IMG/VR virus record: IMGVR_UViG_3300017913_002464 | Location: 1-48,006 of that record | Direction: 5' to 3' (one strand) | Origin: a virus | Taxonomy: Duplodnaviria > Caudoviricetes | DNA length: 48,006 nucleotides | Shown: one piece after another, positions 42,079-48,006 of the stretch | How positions within the stretch are numbered: position 1 is the stretch's first letter | How the letters are laid out: every line of letters begins with the position of its first letter | Position numbers and translations under genes: made by a program | The notes under the pieces: generated by a model | What the model saw: only the letters and a program-made list of their open reading frames with translations | Database searches by the model: none | Told to the model about the DNA's origin: nothing

Positions 42079-42660
42079 ATGGCTAATTTAATAACTCTCA
42101 CTGAGTATAAAGACATGGAAGGCATACAGAATCCGAAAGATGATTACAATCTTTCGGAACTAATTACGTCTGTGAGCCAATTAGTAAAAACTTATTGTGG
42201 AAATACATTTGTAGATTTTTATTCTACAGATAAAGTTGAGACATTTACCATTGATTGGAACACTCATTTAGTACAACTAACTGAAAGTCCTGTAGTATCG
42301 GTAAGTGCCGTAGAAACAAGAGATTCAGTCACCTCTAGTTATCAGGCTGTGACAAGCACAAATTACTATCTGGACGAAAACACAGATACTGTACTCTATG
42401 TGACTGGATCTTCTTATCGAAACTGGCCGAGAGGACCAGGTGCTGTAAAAGTTACTTATCGTGCTGGGTACTCAACTCTGCCTAGCGATTTAAAGCTGGC
42501 GGTAATTGATTTAATCACTTACTACTACAGAGATGAGTACAAGGAGAGAAAAACTCTTGCAGGCGCAACTTTACAGAATCCCGGAACTAGCAGCCAAGAC
42601 AGTAGTGTAGCGTTTCCTGACCATATAAAACGCGTACTTGATCTGTATAAAAACTTTTAA
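42079..42660 (+). CDS. head-tail connector / head completion protein
   Basis: LITLTEYK...VKVTYRAGY..LPSDLKLA...FPDHIKRVLDLY. Confidence 0.85.
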   Translation: MANLITLTEYKDMEGIQNPKDDYNLSELITSVSQLVKTYCGNTFVDFYSTDKVETFTIDWNTHLVQLTESPVVSVSAVETRDSVTSSYQAVTSTNYYLDENTDTVLYVTGSSYRNWPRGPGAVKVTYRAGYSTLPSDLKLAVIDLITYYYRDEYKERKTLAGATLQNPGTSSQDSSVAFPDHIKRVLDLYKNF

Positions 42661-44084
42661 TGTCTCGTTCTAGCTTAGAGGCTTTTTTACTTGATTTAGA
42701 AAAAGACCTATCAAAAACTAGTGATGCGTATAGAAGACAAACTGCTGATAGGCGAACAAACCATTTTGTTTTTCTTCCTCGATTGTTTGTAGAAGAAATA
42801 AAAAAAGAATTTGAACATAGAGATATTCTTAATCTTTTTGGAAAAGAAGACGTTCAAAACTATGTAGAGACTGGTGCAGATAACATATTTCAAGCTTGTA
42901 GAACACAAGCTCAAAGTTTTAAAAAAACAAGAGATGTTAGGATAGTTTCAAATCAACATTTTATTAAAGTAACTCTTTTAGAGACTGCAAATCCTAAAGC
43001 AACACCGGATCAAAACCCTAACTTTAATAATTTTGACAAGTTAAAAAAATTATACACATCAGAATTAAATACTTTTGTACTTGGGTTAAATGAGTTTTTA
43101 AAAGAGCAATATAACCGAAGATTGAATAAAGCTGTAAAAGACGGATACTTTGATACAGAAAAAAAGCGGTTTATACGAAATGACCGCATGAAAGAAGGTA
43201 AAACAGAAATAACAAAAGGTACAGATCTTGTTGAAGGCGGCCACATGGAGGGCGCTGGAATTTTAGAAAGTAGAGTCAGAGATGCAATTGATACTGCTAT
43301 AAATCAAAACTATACTTCAAAAGCTAGTCGAGAAGTATTAATGTCTAACCTTGAAGCTTTAGGAATTAATTTAGATCTTATACGAGACGATTCTACAGAA
43401 AGTTTTATATTTAGCGCCCAAAGCCTAATGGACAATAGAAACGCTGGCTTTGAAAGCGCAAGGTTGAAAGATGAGCTACTCGCTCAAATTCGCGCAGGAA
43501 TTAAAAGATTAAATAATAAAAAACCGATTGCTGGTTTAAAAGGCTCCGATACCCCTACTCAGAGATTTGAGAAAAAAGCAACTAAAGCTGTACTAAAAGA
43601 GTTTAAAAAGAAAAAAGGGGTGACAACCTCTAAAGAGCCTAAGATAGAAAACTCAACAAGAAAAGCTTCTTCTACGAGCAGCTCTAAGTTAAAAAAGACC
43701 TCTACTGCGGCGCTCGGAAAAGCAAAAGTACCAAAAACAAAATTTCCTGTAGCTAAAACACAAAAATCGCCCTACTCAATAGCAAGTTACATTGGTATAT
43801 TCAATCAACAGTTGCCGGGAGTGGTGCAAAAAAATATGATACCTCCTGCTTTACAAAATCAAACAGGAAGATTTGCAAGCAGTGTTCGAGTAACAGACAT
43901 TACTCAAACTGCAAAAGGATTTCCAAGTATTGGCTATACATATCAAAGAAATCCTTACGAAACATTTGAACAAGGAAATCGTCAAGGCAGTGTAGATCGA
44001 GATCCTAGAAAGTTAATTGATAAGTCAATCAGAGAAATAGCCGTTCAGTTTGCTATTGGAAGATTTTATACTAGGAGAGTGTAA
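42660..44084 (+). CDS. neck / tail completion protein (T5-like, enlarged)
   Basis: C-terminal LQNQTGRFASS...YTYQRNPY...DPRKLIDKSIREIA; position. Confidence 0.65.
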   Translation: MSRSSLEAFLLDLEKDLSKTSDAYRRQTADRRTNHFVFLPRLFVEEIKKEFEHRDILNLFGKEDVQNYVETGADNIFQACRTQAQSFKKTRDVRIVSNQHFIKVTLLETANPKATPDQNPNFNNFDKLKKLYTSELNTFVLGLNEFLKEQYNRRLNKAVKDGYFDTEKKRFIRNDRMKEGKTEITKGTDLVEGGHMEGAGILESRVRDAIDTAINQNYTSKASREVLMSNLEALGINLDLIRDDSTESFIFSAQSLMDNRNAGFESARLKDELLAQIRAGIKRLNNKKPIAGLKGSDTPTQRFEKKATKAVLKEFKKKKGVTTSKEPKIENSTRKASSTSSSKLKKTSTAALGKAKVPKTKFPVAKTQKSPYSIASYIGIFNQQLPGVVQKNMIPPALQNQTGRFASSVRVTDITQTAKGFPSIGYTYQRNPYETFEQGNRQGSVDRDPRKLIDKSIREIAVQFAIGRFYTRRV

Positions 44085-44549
44085 GTGTCACAGTCATTTG
44101 TCGGAAGACCTTATACAACTCGCCGCTCTGCAATAGTAGATGCTTTAGTTAGAGAGTTAAAGAAAATTGACGGAAGCGGAGACTTTCTTACAGATGTATT
44201 TAATAATGTTCATCCACGCTTAAAATTTTGGGATGAAATTGAAGAGTTTCCTGCACTTCATATTAATGCAGGATCAGAAACACGAGAGTATCAAGGTGCA
44301 GGCTATAGAGACCGATACCTAAGTGTAACAATACGTTGCTACGTTCAAGAAGAGGATGCTGTAATAGCATTAGATAAATTAATTGAAGACGTAGAAACGG
44401 TTTTAGATGAAAATGGTGCGCTATCTTACACTGATAAGCAAGGTCTTGCACAAAAAACTCACGATATTAAAATCGTCAATATAGAAACTGACGAAGGAGT
44501 TCTTGAACCGTACGGAGTAGGAGAAGTTCTGATACAGGTTCATTACTAA
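44085..44549 (+). CDS. tail terminator protein
   Basis: RSAIVDAL...KFWDEIEEFP...ETREY...TDEGVLEPYGVGE. Confidence 0.8.
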   Translation: MSQSFVGRPYTTRRSAIVDALVRELKKIDGSGDFLTDVFNNVHPRLKFWDEIEEFPALHINAGSETREYQGAGYRDRYLSVTIRCYVQEEDAVIALDKLIEDVETVLDENGALSYTDKQGLAQKTHDIKIVNIETDEGVLEPYGVGEVLIQVHY

Positions 44550-44613
44550 GAAAATGCTGGCACGAATCAAACGATTCACGACCTAGCCTTTTCAAGATCA
44601 TAGGAGATATACT

Positions 44614-45795
44614 ATGGCAGCACAACTACAACTATCTAGAGATACCCATGTCTATGCGGAAAAGGACGGCTACTTCTGGGAGCTTCCTATTCTTGACGGA
44701 TTCTCTTTCTCACAGTCTACGGCTACTACTGAAGTAGCTGTTAATGAAATGGCAGACGCCTCAACTAATGCTGTTTCACGTCGTGGCCGTAAAATGTTTA
44801 CAGACGCGTTTGAGCCCGCAGAATGGAATCTGCAAATGTATGCTCGTCCTCACCAAATCAGCTCCGGGAATATTGCACACACTACTGATGAAGTTTTGTG
44901 GGCTAATTTTTTAAATGCTGGTGCGTATACGCATGGTGCTGGTGGTGCTACACGTACTTGGGCAAATGCCCTAGTTAAGACAACAGCAGCCACTCCAAGT
45001 AATGTAACGATGGATTTTGACAGCAGTAACGTTTCAGCTCTCGGGACTTTTAATTTGTACTTTGTACTTGGTGCTTGTGGAACCGCTCCTGCGTCCTATT
45101 CAGCAGGTCCGGGCAACCCTCAAACAATTTATAAGATTTCAAAAGCCGTTTGTAACTCTGTTACAATGGATTTTGATATTGATGGTATTCTTACTTTGGA
45201 TTGGAGCGGTCTTGGCTCTCTAATCACAGAAGAGGCATCAATGCCAGTCTCAACTCCAACTTGGGATACTAAGATCATTAATGATGGTATCGCCCATAGC
45301 AACGACAACTTTATTCGTAATCGTCTTTCAACGCTTGCGGTTACTACGGCAGGCGGTAGCGCTCCTTACTCACAAACTTCCTACGAGCTTACATTGACAG
45401 GCGGTAGTATTTCTTTCGAGAACAATCTTACCTTCCTGACTCCAGAAGAGCTTTGTGTTGTAAACCAGCCTCTGGGTAATGTAACAGGAACAAGAAATAT
45501 TTCAGGAAGCTTTACGTGTTATTTGAATGGTGGAACTGCTGCAGGTGCGGGTACTAGTGCAGACTTGTTTGACGATCTTGCAAGCGCAACGACGATTGTT
45601 AATAACTCAACTGATTTGGTATTTAGCATTGGCGGTGCTAATACTCCAAAACTTGTAATTGACATTCCAACGGCTCACTTGGAGATCCCAACTCATCAGA
45701 TCGAAGATATTATCGGTCTTGAAGTTAATTTCCATGCGCTTCCTTCAAGCTTGGAGCAAACCGACGAAGCCACTCTTGTATACCATAACGCATAA
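44614..45795 (+). CDS. major tail tube protein
   Basis: LQLSRDT...ILDGFSFSQ...NNLTFLTPEEL; T5 pb6-like; followed by a terminator. Confidence 0.88.
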   Translation: MAAQLQLSRDTHVYAEKDGYFWELPILDGFSFSQSTATTEVAVNEMADASTNAVSRRGRKMFTDAFEPAEWNLQMYARPHQISSGNIAHTTDEVLWANFLNAGAYTHGAGGATRTWANALVKTTAATPSNVTMDFDSSNVSALGTFNLYFVLGACGTAPASYSAGPGNPQTIYKISKAVCNSVTMDFDIDGILTLDWSGLGSLITEEASMPVSTPTWDTKIINDGIAHSNDNFIRNRLSTLAVTTAGGSAPYSQTSYELTLTGGSISFENNLTFLTPEELCVVNQPLGNVTGTRNISGSFTCYLNGGTAAGAGTSADLFDDLASATTIVNNSTDLVFSIGGANTPKLVIDIPTAHLEIPTHQIEDIIGLEVNFHALPSSLEQTDEATLVYHNA

Positions 45796-45815
45796 TAAAA
45801 TATTTAACTACTTTG

Positions 45816-45840
45816 AAACGGGCTACGGCCCGTTTTTTCT
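45816..45840 (+). terminator. intrinsic terminator
   Basis: AAACGGGC-TACG-GCCCGTTTTTT. Confidence 0.85.
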
Positions 45841-45862
45841 ATTCACCTTCTAAAAATAATTC

Positions 45863-45891
45863 TTGACAAAACATCTTGAATGGAGTAATAT
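45863..45891 (+). promoter_or_regulatory. sigma70-like promoter TTGACA-17-TAATAT
   Basis: Same upstream A-tract context as the other promoters. Confidence 0.65.
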
Positions 45892-45914
45892 ACCATATTA
45901 TGAGGAGATAAAAA

Positions 45915-46856
45915 ATGCCGGCCTTTAACTTTCTAAAGAATACCAAATTAGCTTTGGTGTACGGTAATAATATTTACGAGCTTCAGCCCGAAAATGATAT
46001 ATCTTTCTCACAAACTTTTACAGAATCTACAGAATCTGTAAATACAGTACACTCTCCCCAGTACTTTGAACGATCAACGATTGTTAAAGCAAATCCGGCA
46101 TCTTTTTCATTTACTGTAAATATCATAAAGGAGAGTTCAGCTAGTCAAAGTATAGTGTTCGATCGTCTTATTGATTGTAATGCTTTTGACTTGTTTTTTA
46201 TAAGCGACGAAAGCATTTTTCAGCTGCAAAATGCTGTACTTACAAACGGTGAGTTTGCCATTTCTAAAGAAAGCATATTAAAGCTAACCGTAGAAGGCGA
46301 AGCTGAAAAATTAATTCGATCAGCTACAAACAACACTGATGGAACACCACAAACAAATTTTAATAACTTTGTTAGTGCTCGCTCTGAATCACTTGTATCC
46401 AACCCCTCTTCTTTAACGCGTATTATACCGAATATTTCAGTAACATTAGATTCAACTGATATTACTGATTGTGTATTCGGTATTTCGGCTGAGTTGCAAA
46501 ATGATATTGAGTGGGTTGGCTATGAAACAGTGCAAGGCGGATTAGCTGCTACAGATAATTCGAATGCAATGTACCCCAGCGGTTTTGTCATAAAAGGCAA
46601 GATATTCTCTGGAAATATTCGAAAGTATTTAAAGGATGGATCAGAAAGTACTTTTCTAAACTTTGATACTAATACAACACTTAGAATTAAAGCAGGGCAA
46701 GAATATTCAGGTACTTTTGCTGGTTTTGATTTTAATATGCCTTCTGTTTCATATACTAACAGGGCAGCTTTAGGACCAGTCTATGCACAAATGTTTGACT
46801 GGAGATTAACAGACAATGCTACGCTAAGTAGTATTTTACAATACAACACTATTTAA
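45915..46856 (+). CDS. minor tail / baseplate tube protein
   Basis: ISFSQTF...KANPASFSF; position after the tail tube gene as in T5. Confidence 0.75.
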   Translation: MPAFNFLKNTKLALVYGNNIYELQPENDISFSQTFTESTESVNTVHSPQYFERSTIVKANPASFSFTVNIIKESSASQSIVFDRLIDCNAFDLFFISDESIFQLQNAVLTNGEFAISKESILKLTVEGEAEKLIRSATNNTDGTPQTNFNNFVSARSESLVSNPSSLTRIIPNISVTLDSTDITDCVFGISAELQNDIEWVGYETVQGGLAATDNSNAMYPSGFVIKGKIFSGNIRKYLKDGSESTFLNFDTNTTLRIKAGQEYSGTFAGFDFNMPSVSYTNRAALGPVYAQMFDWRLTDNATLSSILQYNTI

Positions 46857-46868
46857 GGAGTGGTTTTA

Positions 46869-47312
46869 ATGGAATTAAAAAAATTAATGGTCGACGTTAA
46901 AGAAGTCTGGGTAGATTTTCCTGGGCTTTCTGGCTTTAAAGTCAAGGTTGCAAATCTTTCTCGTAAAGAGCTAACAGGTTTACGGAAGCGTTGCACAGTT
47001 CAAAAGTTTGACCGAAAGACACGTCAAGTAGTGGAAACACTAGATGAAGAAAAGTTTGTAACAGAGTTTAGTAGCTCAACTATTAAAGGTTGGGAGGGCT
47101 TAACTCTCGAACACCTAGAAACTCTTCTTCTTATTGATACAGAGGGTAAGGATATGAGCGAAGAGCTCCCTTATACTCTTGAAAATGCAGAAGTTCTTGT
47201 CTCTTCTTCAACTGAATTTGATACATGGCTCAATGAGGTAGTCTTTGATCTCGATAACTTTCGTACAGAACGAGATGGAGGAACTACTGAGCAGGCTGGA
47301 GAAACTGTATAA
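46869..47312 (+). CDS. tail assembly chaperone
   Basis: AAGGAG RBS; TIKGWEGLT...SSTEFDTWLNE...LDNFR; upstream of the tape measure gene. Confidence 0.8.
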   Translation: MELKKLMVDVKEVWVDFPGLSGFKVKVANLSRKELTGLRKRCTVQKFDRKTRQVVETLDEEKFVTEFSSSTIKGWEGLTLEHLETLLLIDTEGKDMSEELPYTLENAEVLVSSSTEFDTWLNEVVFDLDNFRTERDGGTTEQAGETV

Positions 47313-47667
47313 AAATTTAGAAGTCAAAATGACGAAAGAACGTTATTTTGAAATGATGGAACAGCTTGGACAGGAACCTATTGAAGACGAGATTCCTCCG
47401 AGCTGGGAAGATTTTCCAGAAGATGTACTAGATGCAGTAAGCATTTTTAATTTACTAGGCGATAGAGTATATCCAGATATAGGATATATTGGAAAGGATT
47501 ACTCTAACTTACAATACTTATCAGATATATTCGAAGTTGACAATCAAGAACTTTTAGTACACGTACTAAATCTTCTCGACTCAAGAGCTATCAAAAAATC
47601 CGCTGAAGATTTAAAGAAAGAGCGGGATAAGCTAAAGAGAAAACCAAGTGGCCCAAAACGAAGTTAA
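47260..47667 (+). CDS. tail assembly chaperone C-terminal extension (probable frameshift product)
   Basis: Overlaps the chaperone 3' end in the +1 frame; YFEMMEQLGQEP...GYIGKDY. Confidence 0.7.
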   Translation, partial: FVQNEMEELLSRLEKLYKNLEVKMTKERYFEMMEQLGQEPIEDEIPPSWEDFPEDVLDAVSIFNLLGDRVYPDIGYIGKDYSNLQYLSDIFEVDNQELLVHVLNLLDSRAIKKSAEDLKKERDKLKRKPSGPKRS

Positions 47668-48006
47668 GATTAGAGTAAAGATCGACGATAATGGCGATCT
47701 TTCTATCGTTGCCAAAAAAGCCAAACAGGCCGCTGACTCGACGGAGAATCTTACTAATGCCCGGAATAAGTATCAGCGGGGTGAAAAAGGCGTTGCGGGT
47801 GCAACTTCTAATAGTACAAAAGCATTTAGTAAAATGCGAGAGACCCTTAATGGGAATGGAGGTCTTGTAGCTGCATATGCTACTATTGCTGCAAGAGTTT
47901 TTGCTGTAACTGCTGCTTTTGGAGTACTACAAAGAGCCGCCGCAGTTCAGCAGCTAACTCAAGGTATTACTACTCTTGGACAGGCTTCTGGTATTGCTAT
48001 GAAGAG
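47648..48006 (+). CDS. tape measure protein, N-terminal part (runs off the window)
   Basis: Manual translation from GTG 47648: MAQNEVKIRVKIDDNG...NSTKAFSKM...GLVAAYATIAARVFAVTAAF. Confidence 0.85.
   Translation, partial: MAQNEVKIRVKIDDNGDLSIVAKKAKQAADSTENLTNARNKYQRGEKGVAGATSNSTKAFSKMRETLNGNGGLVAAYATIAARVFAVTAAFGVLQRAAAVQQLTQGITTLGQASGIAMK

Noticed and set aside
1-48006. tRNA cluster typical of T5, integrase, introns or inteins, alternative genetic code
   Set aside because: No cloverleaf or T-loop motif seen by eye (tRNAscan-SE would be decisive); core genes are uninterrupted and of normal length in the standard code

Overview
This is a 48 kb segment of a lytic T5-like siphophage genome (Demerecviridae-like organisation). 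The host is probably an aquatic or marine proteobacterium; this is an inference from gene content. The window is reverse-oriented relative to T5 and appears to cross the genome ends or terminal repeat. 1-16 kb (minus strand) is the T5-type replication/recombination block: D13/SbcC, D12/SbcD, D11 SSB, D10 helicase, PolA, primase, DnaB, D5, split NAD-dependent ligase, PC4-like SSB, D3, D2. About 16-29.6 kb is an early accessory region. It holds host-metabolism genes (isocitrate lyase, alternative oxidase, peroxiredoxin, Hsp20, bS21, IscU; a cytochrome c lies at 9.5 kb), two peptidoglycan hydrolases, many microproteins and two structured non-coding elements. About 29.6-32.2 kb is a GC-richer candidate first-step-transfer (pre-early) module of only four genes. 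It is flanked by a perfect parS palindrome, an array of three ORF-less sigma70 promoters, a 21-bp inverted repeat, a candidate small RNA and a Fur box. 32.2-48 kb (plus strand) is the late region: TerS, a cluster of tiny Arg/Lys-rich proteins, holin-like genes, TerL, HNH nuclease, portal, a fused protease-capsid gene, head-tail and tail genes with a likely +1 frameshift, and the start of the tape measure gene. I saw no tRNA, CRISPR array, integrase or IS element. All family assignments come from motif recognition by eye, not from database searches.
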